This document shows, one piece after another, positions 37,182-51,102 of a DNA stretch of 64,000 nt. Source of the stretch: Octopus sinensis (lineage: Eukaryota); contig NC_043005.1 in the NCBI RefSeq assembly GCF_006345805.1, forward strand, positions 85,064,001-85,128,000, read 5' to 3'. The notes below the pieces were generated by a model. It ran no database searches. It was given only the letters and a program-made list of their open reading frames with translations, and had not been told where the DNA came from. Numbering within the stretch: the stretch's first letter is position 1; every line of letters starts with the position of its first letter. The translations under genes and the position numbers were made by a program.

Positions 37182-38672
37182 TTATTATTATTATTATTAT
37201 TAAGCTATCAAATGATTACAATTTAGCTTTAAAATAACAAATCGAAATTATGGTGTATAAATTTAAAATGGCAATCAGATTAGAATATTTATCAAACACA
37301 AAATGTAAATCCCATTTGAAGATCATGAAGTGTAGCTCATTTCCAACCCTGGATGTAAAATTATAAATAAGCTAGACTTTTTTTTTCATACTCGTGGATT
37401 ATACTATTTAGTGGAAAAAGTAGTAGTGGCTCAATTTGGAGAGACTCTCACATCTCTGAGCTATGCACCTTGTTGAATAATGTTACTCCAGAGATTCTTC
37501 AGAGAAACCCCCCATTTTAGCTGCTTGTATTTGCTTATTCTTCAGATATTTTATTATACAAACATTTGCAATGGCAATTAAGACACTATTTTTCTACTAA
37601 ATATGATTTAATCCTTTTTAATCTTAATCCCAATTACACAACTGGATTTTGGTAAGATTAGTACTAGCAAAGGACAAACCTATTACTAATTATAATGATT
37701 TGGGGAGAAGAGATGAAGGTAAATTACTTCAGTTACAAGAATAGTCAGTGTGGGGAAGTGAAGGGAGATGTTAGGACCAGGGATGTCAGGAATGGAAGTG
37801 AGAGGAAGGGGCATCATGTCAAAAGACAGGGCATTTGAACAGCCTCTTTGTTTGTCAGGATGTTGAGGGTAACAGATGTGTGGAAGGGATCAGCAAGGAA
37901 GAGAAGTTATTAGCTAGAGGTTGAGGTGGTGTATTTGTGTCGGTACAGCCACCAAGTTCTGCTGATCCTTGTGAAGTGAAGTTGCATACTCTGTACTGAT
38001 TCTGCCTGAAGGTAAGAGCACCCGTGTTTTTGGCTTTTCCTGTTACAGTCTGTGTGACTCCTAACAACAATATCACATCTACCAGTAACAACTAAAGCAA
38101 ACAAGGAACTGTTAAGTGGATAGCTGGATCACTAAAAATAGCAACTAAATTTCCTTCAAATCAAACTTAGCAATTACGAAAAATGAAGACATTTTTATAT
38201 TAGAGGCCTATTTAATAGTGCACATGTTATTAGTCAAATAATACCAGAGGTTCATTTGTTTGATCAGGGTTGACCTAGGGGCAGGCAACCGCAACAACAG
38301 TAGCACTAAAGCCATCTTATGGTAAATGAGAAGAAACTGACATCACAACCATCACTGACATATATTTGAAATTACTGCATAACTAATGATGCACAAAGCA
38401 CCACCGTTACCAATATTAATCCTCCAAAGCACCACTATTGCTAATACAGACCCCCCCTCACTCAACACTACTACTATTACCAACACAATACCACTGGCAC
38501 CACCACCACCACCACCACCATTAGCACTATTCCATTGCCATATCAGGAGTCATAAAGCTCTTTAAATATTGACAGAAGATTGGGAATAAGACCAAATAAT
38601 GTGACCATGTCTGTCCTCTAAATTTTATAGCCCTCTGTATGGGTGTGTGCAGTTATGTGTGTGTGTGTGTGT

Positions 38673-38831
<159 letters not shown>

Positions 38832-38892
38832 CATACATATAATATATATATACACACACACATACATATGTATATACATATATATATTATAT

Positions 38893-38930
<38 letters not shown>

Positions 38931-39189
38931 ATACATACACATATTGTGTGTGTGATGTATAAATATATATGTATGTGGGGTGTGTGGGTGTATGTGTGTG
39001 TAGGTGGGTGGCGTGCAAGAAACTTTATTTTTGAAATATCCTTGTCTAAAAATAAACAGCAAATTTTGATTCGGTAGTTTGCAGCGTCATAAAAGTCGGA
39101 TTTTCGTCTTTCTTCATATAATTTGCCATCATTTATGAGATGACAGCCGCTATACAGACACAGACACCGACTTCTTCATTCTTTGCTTT

Positions 39190-39540
39190 CTGACAAACGA
39201 TAATGATTGTGATGATGATAATGGTGAAGAAGGCGATAATGGTGGTGCTACTGAAAATGATGATGATGAGGACGATGACGACGGCGATGAGGATGATGAC
39301 GACGATGATGATGACTACGATGACTATGATGACGATGACTATGATAACGATGATGGCAACAGCAATGATGACAAAAATGATGATGATGATGATGATGCTA
39401 GTAATAATGGGGATGTTGACAATGTTGACAAAAATTAGGATGTTTACCATGATGATGACAATGATGATGATGATAATGAAGTCAAAAAATGACGGTGTTG
39501 AGAATGACGATAATGTTGACAATGTCAATACAAACAATGG
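39190..39540. repeat. Degenerate (GAT/GAC)n microsatellite
   Basis: Trinucleotide periodicity; explains the Met/Ile-rich ORFs. Confidence 0.9.
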
Positions 39541-39789
39541 CATTATGGAAAATAACATTGATAATGATAATGATGGCTGTTTTGATAATTTCCGGAAATT
39601 TGCCACAAGGGCAGAGATTCCACACATTACAATACAAGACCATGAAAAAGTGGAAAATGAACATAGATCGTTTACTTGCTTCAGTAATTGGAAGGTGGCT
39701 ATGTAAAATGTGGCTAAGTAAAATGTAAAGCTTTGTATAAGGTTTGTTGTGTTAAATACTGGTTGTCACAAAAGTATTAAAATACATAC

Positions 39790-39875
<86 letters not shown>

Positions 39876-39876
39876 T

Positions 39877-39916
<40 letters not shown>

Positions 39917-39921
<5 letters not shown>

Positions 39922-41010
39922 CAAAATAAGCAACAAGGATATCCAAGGTAGTGTAGTACAATCGTTTCATGCGACTTCATTTAATTAAACAAGGCAAGTA
40001 TTGCATCAGTTTTAAAATGTAGAGCAATCTTCAGCCGCATATGTAATTTTTTAATTAAATAGACAATGTACATTTTTATACTTATTCCATTTGCCAACAT
40101 TACAAAGAGGGTAGATATATAGACAGAGAACTTAATTTCATTCTTAAGAACATGGTAGTAGAAGATCCTTCCCTTTTAATATATCTTATAGGCTCTTGAT
40201 ATATGTGCTAATTGATAAGTTTTTTTTACAGGTAATAAATATTATGTCTAGCATATTCCTTTAATTTAACTCATTAATAAAAATAAATCACTATTTACTA
40301 ACTAACTATAAATCTATATTAATAGAAATTGATATTTATATATTTATATAAATATAAATTGATTTCTATATTCTCCATCCCTATATAAGATACTAAAATT
40401 TATTGGAATTCTTTGGAAAAAAATATCTAAAGGATATTTATTTAAAATCACAAGCAGGATTATGGCTGTTAAATGGTTAAGGACATTAGAAATCTCTAGA
40501 GCATTAGTAGTCTCTATTCTCCCTACCCCACTAGCTTCAGCCTACTAACTTTAGCTAAAATACATTCAAATATGCCAAAGTTAAATTCCTCATAATGGGG
40601 CAGGATTTATGGCTTTGACATTTGTACTACCCCTTTCTCTATCTATAAATAGAAAAAATTCTTGTTGTCTCCATTGAACCAAATGAAGAAGCCCCCTCCC
40701 CATTGATAAATCTAAATAACAAAATGAACTCAGTGATGAAAAGTCTGCCTGTGGGGAAGGACCTTCTACTACCATGTTCTTAATGATGAAATTAACCTCT
40801 TTGTCTATATATCTACCCTCTTTGTAATGTTGGCAAATGGAATAAGTATAAAAATGTACATTGTCTATTTAATTAAAAAATTCTATATGCGGCTGAAGAT
40901 TGCTCTACATTTTAAAACTGATGTAATACTTACATTGTTTAATAAAATGAAGCAGCATGAAACGATCGTACTACACTACCTTGGATATCCTTGTTGCTTA
41001 TTTTGATTAT
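39917..41010. mobile_element. 257-bp inverted repeats around a 580-bp spacer, each arm carrying a hammerhead motif
   Basis: 39917-40173 is the reverse complement of 40754-41010. CTGAAGA..GAAAC-GAT(C/T)-GTA at 40887-40976 (+) and 39952-40040 (-). Confidence 0.75.
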
Positions 41011-41102
41011 AATCACCCCATTTGATTTATATGGATAATACCATACCGAATTCTGGTACCTTTAACTTAAGTACCATATTCATCTGAATCTAAATTTTGC
41101 TG

Positions 41103-41133
<31 letters not shown>

Positions 41134-41250
41134 TAGAGAGAGAGAGAGAGAGAGGGGGGGGGTACTTTAAATTCCTTTTATAACATTTCATTACATTTAA
41201 ATTTCTATCTTACAGTCATATTGTTTATGCACATCTTAAACAGACAATGA

Positions 41251-41577
41251 TTAATCTCTCAGATGCTCGAAATGTCCTCCTTCAACATTGCAGCATTCTT
41301 CAAACCTCTTCAGAACACTCTGACACCCACTACAGCACAAATTCTCATCTCCATCAATTTCAGTGAATGCATCAGAAATATAATCTTTTAATTCATTTAC
41401 TGTTTTGGGATTCTTCTCATAAACCTTGTTCTTTACAACACCCCAAAAAAAAGAAATCCATTGGTTTCAGTTCAGGTGAATGTGCTGGCCATTCCGATGC
41501 TGCCCTGTCTTCCAAGTGTACACTGTAGAAAGGCTTGGTTAATGTAGTCTTTTACAGTCAAGGCATAATGTGGAGGA
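41251..41577 (-). mobile_element. Tc1/mariner (rosa-like) transposase C-terminal remnant
   Basis: PPHYALTVKDY...EWPAHSPELKPMDFF(F)WGVVKNKVYEKNPKTVNELKD...EGGHFEHLRD*. Confidence 0.75.
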
Positions 41578-41631
41578 TTTTATTGCCATGCTGGCCACTT
41601 GATAAGTTCGATATTTAAATAACAATCTTAT

Positions 41632-41960
<329 letters not shown>

Positions 41961-42067
41961 ATAAACAAACACGTGTGTGAATGTTGGTGACGTAATGGTT
42001 AAGTAATAAGTTCATGATTTTAAGGATGTAGGTTATCAGGTAATAGTGGAGGGGACAAACCCAGAAT

Positions 42068-42098
<31 letters not shown>

Positions 42099-42138
42099 CA
42101 CCACACAAACACACATACACACACACAAACACACATAT

Positions 42139-42171
<33 letters not shown>

Positions 42172-42911
42172 AACACACACATACACACACACAAACAAAC
42201 ACACACAAACACACACACACAAACACACACACACAAAGGGCTTGTTTCATTTTCTCTTTACCAAATCCTCTTGCAAGGCTTTGGTCAGCCCAAGGATATA
42301 GTAGAAGACATCTGCCCAAAGTGCTGTGCAGTGGAACTGAACCTGGAACCATGTAGTTGGGAAGCAAGCTTTTTAACATACAGTCACGCAATGCCTGTTA
42401 ACGAGTAAAAAGTTGACAGTGACTTCGAAGTTTGATAAACCTTTAGTCTACCAAACAGCATTAAGCAATCCTTCAACGTAATGCTAAATTGTTTTTAAAT
42501 ATAACTTCTCATAAAAACAAACATTATTCCACGCACACACACACATACACACACACTCACTCACACACACACACTCACACACACACACACAACACACACA
42601 TGCCCATCTATCAACATCTTCGTGTCTGTGTGTCTCTCTACCAATGTCTTCCTATTAACCTTGTTAGCTACGTGTACCATTGGCTGTCTGTATAACCATA
42701 TATCTATCTAGCCATCAATGCTTCTCTCTGCATCTGCCCATCTCAGCATCTGTCTATCATTATCCTCCTACCTGTCTCTGACAGTCGATTCATCAATGTT
42801 AGTCTATATACCTATCTATCAATGCTTGGTCTATCAATAAACCAATCAATCATTCTATTGTTATTACTATTTCATTGTCCTGCTAATTGTCAGCTTGTCT
42901 GACCATCTGCG

Positions 42912-42990
<79 letters not shown>

Positions 42991-43179
42991 GTCTGTCTAT
43001 CTACCTACCCCAGTGCTGAACACTAAAAGGATGGAATGCAGAATTTGAACTGAGAACATAAAGACAGACAAAATGCTGCTAAGCATTTTCTCAGGTGTCC
43101 CTATGGTGCTGCCACCTAGCAAGCTGCCTTAATAATAATAATAATAAAATAATAATAATAATAATATAATATAATAATA

Positions 43180-43237
<58 letters not shown>

Positions 43238-43265
43238 GATGATGATGATCATAATAATAATAATA

Positions 43266-43301
<36 letters not shown>

Positions 43302-43689
43302 TAATAATATAATAAAAATAAAATAAATATAATAATAATAATAATAATAGTAATAATATAATAATAATAATTATTATTATTATTATTATATTATTATTAT
43401 TTTAATTTTTATTATTATTATTATTATTATTATATTATTATTACTATTATTATTATTATTACTATTATTATTATTATTTTATGCTTGACTTTTGCTTACA
43501 TTTGTACAAGTTGACTCCAAATCTCACTCAGAGACCTCGAGAGACAACAAGTTGGACGTTCATGTTGGTGTTATGCCTAGGGTGCCATATATTTGGTCTT
43601 GTACATAGCGTTGTTCTAGAGAATGTTTAACAAACCATAAGAAAATTATGTTTGTTTTAAAATTTACCAAATGATTTGAATGTTGTGAG

Positions 43690-43990
43690 TAAAGAGGTTG
43701 AAAAAATCACCAAGTACTTCGAATTGAAAGTGGAAATGGCAAGACTGTATTGAATGCAAGAGGGTAATGTAAAAATGATATCAGTGGTGATTGGAGCATT
43801 GAGTTCAATCCCATTGAAATATCAAAACTTCTTAAGGCAACTGGAAATCCCATGCAAGATTGATGTCTTGCAAAAAGCAGCCTTATTGGGCACGGCGCAC
43901 ATCTTAAGGAAAGTATTATCTGTCAGAGGTCCTTGTTGGTGACTTGACAGATGACTAAAGACTCTGGTGCATCTTTACCTACACTGTGTT
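43690..43990 (+). mobile_element. R4/Dong-like RLE endonuclease C-terminus and 3' UTR with (TAC)n(TAA)n tail
   Basis: KEVEKITKYFELKVEMARLY*...VVIGALSSIP...LQKAALLGTAHILRKVLS. Confidence 0.8.
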
Positions 43991-43999
43991 AAAAAGGAA

Positions 44000-44086
<87 letters not shown>

Positions 44087-45105
44087 GAGTAATGATAATT
44101 AAATGGCACTCATGCCAGTGGCATGTAAAAAGTACCCATTTCACTTCTGGAGTGTTTGGCGTTGGGAAGGGCATCCAGTCGTAGAAACCATGCCAAATCC
44201 AACTGGAACCTGGTACAGCTCTCCCGCTTGCCAGTTCAGTCAAACCATCTAACCCATGCCAGCATTGAAAGTGGACGTTAAATCATGATGATGATGATGA
44301 CAACAACAACAGCATCAACAACAACAGCAAGAAAAAGAAGAAAAAGAAGGAGGAGAAATGAAGAAGAAAGAAAAGACCAAAATGAAGAGCAAGACAATAA
44401 TAATAATGATGAAGAAGATAAAGAAAAAGATGACAAAGAAGAATAAGAAGAATAAGAAAAAAATTATGAAGAATGTAAAAAGAAAAGAAAGAGAAAAATG
44501 AGAAAAAGAAAGGAAATATGAAAGGTGACAAATTTTCTTGAAATAGTTTAAGATATGAACTAAATATAAAAATATTTCCTATTTGAGTAATAAAATTCTA
44601 AGGTTGACAGTCTTTTATGGTGGTGCTTTGACTAGGTCAGACATTTTATCTCGAATAAGGTTAGATTGGATTTGCACCACATCGAGATTCTCTTTGTAAA
44701 ATGGTAAACTTTGATACCAGTCACGCATCATAGCATTTCTTTTCGAATAACTTCTAAACTTCTTCATTCAATGGTGAGTTCAGCTTTTTTTTGTTTTTTA
44801 AACTGAATCTCAAATTTGATTTATATATGTGAATGTGTGGTGTGTGTGTGCGTGTGTGTATGTAATTGTGTGTGTGTGTATACATATATATATATATAAT
44901 GTATACAGGAGTGCCTGTGTGTGTGTTTAAATACGCACACATATGCATATGTATATGCACATAAATATAAATACATGTATAAATATATATATATAATTAG
45001 ATAAATAGATAGATAGATAAAGAGAGAGAGAGAGACAGACAGACAGATGTAGATTTACATATACATATACATGATAATGATTATGATGATGATGATATAT
45101 ATGTT

Positions 45106-45322
45106 GTGGAGGCACTTGGCCTAGTAGTTAGAGCAGCATACTTGCGGTCGAGAGATCACTGGTTCAAATCTCAGACTGGGCGATATGTGTTTTTATGAGC
45201 GAAACACCGAAGGTCCACGCAGCTCCGGCTGAAGGTAATGGCGAACTTCTGCTGACTCTTTCGCCACAACTTTCTCTCACCCTTTCCTCCTGCATCTTGC
45301 AGCTCACCTGTGATGGACCAGC
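45106..45322 (+). mobile_element. Family D SINE (truncated), fused to an RTE-UTR fragment
   Basis: Colinear with 22294-22510. Confidence 0.75.
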
Positions 45323-45940
45323 ATGGGAGCCAGTCAGGTGGCACTGGCAACAACCACACTCAAATGGTGCTTTTTAGATACCACTAGTACAGGTGCCACT
45401 CAGGTAGTACCGTCATCGACCACGACAACGATTTCATTTGTCTCAACAGGTCTTCGTAAGCATAGTTTATTGTCCAGTGATTGAAGGTTACTCTTAAATG
45501 GGCTGGTTATACTGCACTGGGATAGGCCACAGTTATGGGCTCACTTGGCTTGCCAGGTCAGAAAATCTACTCTCTGTATTTTGAGCCCTTTCTCAAATGG
45601 GCTTCTCTACTCTTTGCTCATAATAATGTATATACACACACACACACGCATACAGACTTGTGCGCACACACTCACATGTGTCTTTGTATTTATGGGTGCG
45701 TATATAAGTAATTGTGTATTCTATGAGCATAGGTATAGAAATATATATGTTTACACCTGTGTGTGTGTGTATACAAAACTGTATGTTATATATGTACATA
45801 GATACAGGAATATATGAAATGCATATGCATTTATACAGGTATACACACACACACACAGACATATAAATAGAGAGAGGCAGATACATATGCATACAGGTGT
45901 GTCTATATAACTATGTGTTATATGTATCTAAGTAGAAGAC

Positions 45941-45971
<31 letters not shown>

Positions 45972-47077
45972 TATATATATATAAATAGAGAAAGAGAGGG
46001 AGATAGAGAGAGGGAGGGAGAGAAAGAGGTGGGGAATGAGTGATCCATTGAATTCTGGTGAATCAGAGAATCAGAAAGCCACCTGAAGTATGCTGCTTAA
46101 AGTCGATTTGGTTTGCACAGAATGGAGATCTGATCGTCTGCAACAAGATATAAAAATGAATCTAAACACTAAAGATTGATTGATAATTAATTTCACTGAA
46201 TATTATATTCTCTGTGTGAAAAAAAGGTCAATAGGACTGATCAGTGATTGATACCTGCGATCAGAAAAGGTCAACCAATTGACTCTCTTTATTGCACAAA
46301 CACATCACAGCTAGCAGCGAAGAGTTTTCTTTTTAAAAACTGTTGACAATAGCACTGTTTCGTCCCCACAGATAATACATTACAAGCAAAGAAGACTTGT
46401 TATGGAATCAATTTTGATATTCAAAATATAAGACAAAACTTTATGGCAGAATAATGCATTCCGACAATGTAGCTAAATGTTTGCAGTAATGGTTTGAAAA
46501 TGAAAAGAAATTTGCGATCCAGAATTACCGAGTGTGGTTTAATGAAATGTTCCAGTGTTTTTCTTTGACAATAACCATTTCACAGAAACCCCACATGAGC
46601 AATGTTGATTGAAAGATAACATTTATTCTTGGTAATCCGTGTTAAGCTATTCTATTTACTATTATCATTATTATTATTATTGCATTACAAGTCTTCAATG
46701 TATGCCATACCATATCCAGAACAGAGAACAATACACCTCTTCGTTACCGTAGCAGATCTAAATCTCAGTTATACATTCAAAAGAAATTTAGATAACTCTG
46801 TCATAATATTTTCCAAAAGTCCACTTCTGCTGTTGTTTGTGAGAAACAAATGGTGACATCTCTCTCTCACTCTCTCTCTCTCTCTCTCTCTCCTCTATAT
46901 ATATATATATATATATATACATAGATATGTATACATACATACACACATACACACACATACATACATACATACATACATACATACATACATACATACATAC
47001 ATACATTCATACATACATACATACATACATATATACATACATTCATACATATATACATACATTCATACATACATACA

Positions 47078-47111
<34 letters not shown>

Positions 47112-47321
47112 CATACATTCATACATACATATATACACACACATACATACATACACACACACATACATACATTTAAATATATATATATATATATATCCAT
47201 AATAATAAAGGGTAAAATTAATTAATTAATTGATAATTAATAATTTTACCAAGTAGTTCGGCATGTTAAAAGAACCTTTATTGGTAAACTTATACATAAA
47301 ATTTTATAATTATGAGTATAA

Positions 47322-47491
47322 TTATAATTAGGGTTCAGCAAAAAAATTTGTTTCACCACATACCAAAATTTAGAAATAGCAGCCAAAACGAACCATTTCC
47401 CTACTATAAGAAGTGAAATGGTTGGTTTTGGCTGCTATTTCTAAATTTCGCTATGTGGGGAAGCAAATTTTTTGCTGAACCTTAATTATAA
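47322..47491. repeat. ~78-bp inverted repeat with 15-bp loop
   Basis: TTATAATTAGGGTTCAGCAAAAAAATTTG..AACCATTTC / GAAATGGTT..TTTGCTGAACCTTAATTATAA. Confidence 0.85.
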
Positions 47492-47497
47492 CTATAT

Positions 47498-47546
<49 letters not shown>

Positions 47547-47742
47547 ATTCAAAACAGATGCTGAAAGAGCTATTAATAGTTCATGCCTTCTTGATACTAT
47601 AAATGAACATATTTGTGAAATATATTGTGCATCTTCAAGCAATTTTACAAGCTGTTTATGCTTTAGATACAGGGCGAATCTTATAAATCTGTCAATTTAA
47701 AGTATCATAAAAGCATGAAACTCTTTAGGTATTCTTTTATTC

Positions 47743-48122
47743 TTTCTTTTGTTCTTTTATTTGTTTCAGTAATTTGACTGCGGCCATGCTGGAGCACTGC
47801 CTTTTAGTCGAGCAAATCAACCCCAGGATTTATTCTTTGTAAATCTATTGATCTCTATTGCTGAACCACTAGGTTACAGGGACATAAACACACCAGCATC
47901 AGTTGACAAGCAATGTTGTGGGGACAAACACAGACACACACACACACATATATATATGACAGGCTTCTTTCAGTTTCCATGTACGAAATCCACTCACAAG
48001 GCTTTGGTCGGCCCGAGGCTATAGTAGAAGACACTTGCCCAAGGTGCCACACAGTGGGACTGAACCTGGAACCATGTGGTTGGTTAAGCAAACTACTTAC
48101 CACACAGCCACTCCTGCGCCTA
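47743..48122 (-). mobile_element. tRNA-derived SINE, family B
   Basis: Full-length, AGGCGCAGGAGTGGCTGTGTGG head on the minus strand. Confidence 0.85.
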
Positions 48123-48163
48123 TGGACATAAATTTGATATATATATATATGAGTGATATATAT

Positions 48164-48195
<32 letters not shown>

Positions 48196-50238
48196 GACAG
48201 GCCTGGAAAGCCTGGAAGGATGGGGGCAGCAGGGAACTGTACCAGATAGCCAAAAGGGAGGCTGGGCGGCAGGTATACATTGCCAAAGATGTAGCAGAAA
48301 AGAAGAAGTTTGCCAATGTCCAGCGTCGCGAGGATCAAAGAGCTGAAGTATTTCGGATTGCCAGACAGTGTGTCAGAGAAAATAGCGATGTTATAGGAGA
48401 GAAATGTGTCCGCATGGATGATGGGGCACTTGCTTTTACTACTAGTGAAAAGAAAGAGGCTTGGAGAAGCCATTATGAAAGACTGCTGAATGAGGAGAAT
48501 GAATGGGAGGAGGAGAGCCTGCCAAATGTTGACCCAGTAGAGGGACCAGCTACCCGAATAGAAAGCTCCCTTGTAGATAAGGCAATTAAGGATATGAAAC
48601 CAGGCAAAGCCCCTGGCCTATCAGAATCACTGCTGAGATGCTTAAAACAGCTGGCTATGTGGGCTATGCCATAGTCACCCGCATTGTAAACCAGGTAGTT
48701 CACAATGGAGTCATACCCAATGACTGGTGCAGCAGCACCATAGTCAACTGCTACAAGGGTAAGGGTGATGCTCTAGATAGAAATAACTACAGAGGTATCA
48801 AACTGTTGGACCAGGTGATGAAGGTCTCAGAGAAGGTCATAACCAATCTCATTAGGGAGAGAATTTGTTTAGATGAAATGCAGTTCGGTTTTGTACCAGG
48901 TAGAAGCACCACTGATGCTATATTCCTGGTCCGACAACTGCAGGAGAAGTACCTAGCTAAAGATAAACCCCTCTACATAGCTTTTGTAGACTTGGAGAAA
49001 GCCTTTGACAGGGTTCCCCGTTCCCTTATCTGGTGGTCGATGCGGAAACTGGAGATTGAAGAATGGCTAATAAGGGCTGTACAGGCTCTATACAGAGAGG
49101 CTGTCAGCAAGGTTAGGATTGGCAACGAATATAGTGAAGAATTCCGGTAGAAGTAGGTGTGCACCAGGGCTCAGCCCTCAGTCCCCTTTTATTCATCATA
49201 GTCCTTCAGGCAATAACAGAGGAATTCAAAACGGGATGCCCCTGGGAGCTCCTCTATGCCGATGACCTAGCTCTCATAGCAGAATCACTACCGGAACTAG
49301 AAGAGAAATTTCGGGTGTGGAAGCAAGGGTTGGAATCAAAGGGCCTTAGAATAAATGTAGCAAAGACCAAAGTATTAGTAAGCAGCAAGAAGTACTCAGC
49401 ACACATCCCCTCGGGTAGGTGGCCCTGCTCAACCTGTAGGAAAGGTACAGGTAGAAACTCCATAAGATGCACCCAATGTAAGTTATGGACACATAAGAGG
49501 TGCAGCAACATTAAAGGGAAATTAACAGATAAGATAGCTTTCAAGTGCGGCAGATGCACAGGGACAATAGACACAACAGACACTCAGAAAACAGATTCCA
49601 TCACACTCCAGGGAGAGAAACTAGAAGTAGTTGATAGTTTCCGCTACCTGGGTGACCAAGTTAGTAGCGGAGGTGGATGCACAGAGAGTATCACCACTAG
49701 AATACGAATAGCCTGGGCAAAGTTCAGAAAGCTCCTACCCCTACTGGCAACAAAAGGTCTCTCCCTCAGAGCAAAAGGTAGATTGTATGATGCATGTGTG
49801 CAACTGCCATGCTTCACGGTAATGAAACATGGGCTGTGACTGCAGAAGACATGTGTAGACTTGAAAGAAATGAAGCTAGCATGATCCGCTCGATGTGTAG
49901 TGTCAGTGTGCACGCAACAGAGTGTAAGTATCCTGAGAGAAATGCTGGATATAAGAAGCATCAGATGTGGTGTGCAAGAGCGACGCTTGCGATGGTATGG
50001 TCATGTGCTGCGGATGGATGAAGAGAGATGTGTGAAGAAGTGCCACTCCCAAACAGTTGAAGGTATCAGGGGGAGAGGTAGACCCAGGAAGACATGGGAT
50101 GAGGTGGTCAAGCATGACCTCAGAGCATTGGGCCTCACTGAGGCAATGGCGAAGGACCGAGATCTCTGGAGATATGCTGTGACTACAAAGACCCGGGCTG
50201 CTTCTGCAGCAATTCCACATACCCCCTACCCATTCTAA
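48196..50238 (+). pseudogene. RTE ORF2 reverse transcriptase (~680 codons, three -1 frameshifts, no in-frame stops)
   Basis: ORF-track pieces 48414, 48638, 49159 and 49794/49900 join by single-base deletions near 48620, 49147 and 49803. Confidence 0.9.
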
Positions 50239-50579
50239 GTACCCCCCGATCCCCAAAGTACCCTGGATCCCCAAAGTACCCCGATCCCCAAAGTACCCCG
50301 GACCTCGTTGCCCCCGTGCCGCTGACACGTTAAAATGCTCGAACCGATCGTGACGATGCCGGACCCTCCGGCCCCTGTGCAGGTGGCACGTAAAAAGCAC
50401 CCAATCCACTCACGGAGTGGTTGGCGTTAGGAAGGGCATCCAGCCGTAGAAACTCTGCCAGATTCAGACTGGAGCCTGGAGCGGCCCCTGGCTTCCCAGA
50501 CCCGGTCGAACCGTCCAACCCGTGCTAGCGCGGAAAGCGGACGTTAAACGATGATGATGATGATGATGATGATGATGAT
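48196..50579 (+). mobile_element. 5'-truncated RTE-clade LINE
   Basis: RT motifs (NYRGIKLL, QFGFVPGRSTTDAIF, AFVDLEKAFDRVP, GVHQGSALSPLLF, LYADDL, FRYLG), RTE C-terminus (RLRWYGHVLRMD..GRGRPRKTW), 3' UTR and (GAT)n tail. Confidence 0.95.
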
Positions 50580-50619
50580 ATGAGTGATATATATATATAT
50601 ATATAATATATATATATCT

Positions 50620-50707
<88 letters not shown>

Positions 50708-50881
50708 TAAATATTAGGGAATAAATCCAATTTACAGGGAAAAAAATCAGATTTAGGATTAAATCCAATTTTATAGTAAAATATTATAAAATATTATTAG
50801 AGACAAAAACACTATTTTGCAAAACAAACAAGGAAAGACTTAATCAATACATAAAATTTTAATAAATAGTCAAAAAAACCG

Positions 50882-50924
50882 CCACTACAATCGTTTCTTG
50901 TCTTGATCGACAATCTTCAGGTGG
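50882..50924 (-). ncRNA. Minimal type I hammerhead ribozyme (mirror copy)
   Basis: Exact reverse complement of 50975-51017. Confidence 0.8.
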
Positions 50925-50974
50925 ACTTCCAATAAGTCAGTTCAAATTATAATTTGAAACTGACTTATGGAAGT

Positions 50975-51017
50975 CCACCTGAAGATTGTCGATCAAGACA
51001 AGAAACGATTGTAGTGG
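50975..51017 (+). ncRNA. Minimal type I hammerhead ribozyme
   Basis: CCAC-CTGAAGA-TTGTC-GATCAA-GACAA-GAAAC-GATT-GTA-GTGG; stems I and II fully paired; GUA triplet. Confidence 0.8.
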
Positions 51018-51102
51018 CGGTTTTTTGACTATTTATTAAAATTTTATGTATTGATTAAGTCTTTCCTTGTTTGTTTTGCAAATAGTGGTTTTGTCTCTAA
51101 TA

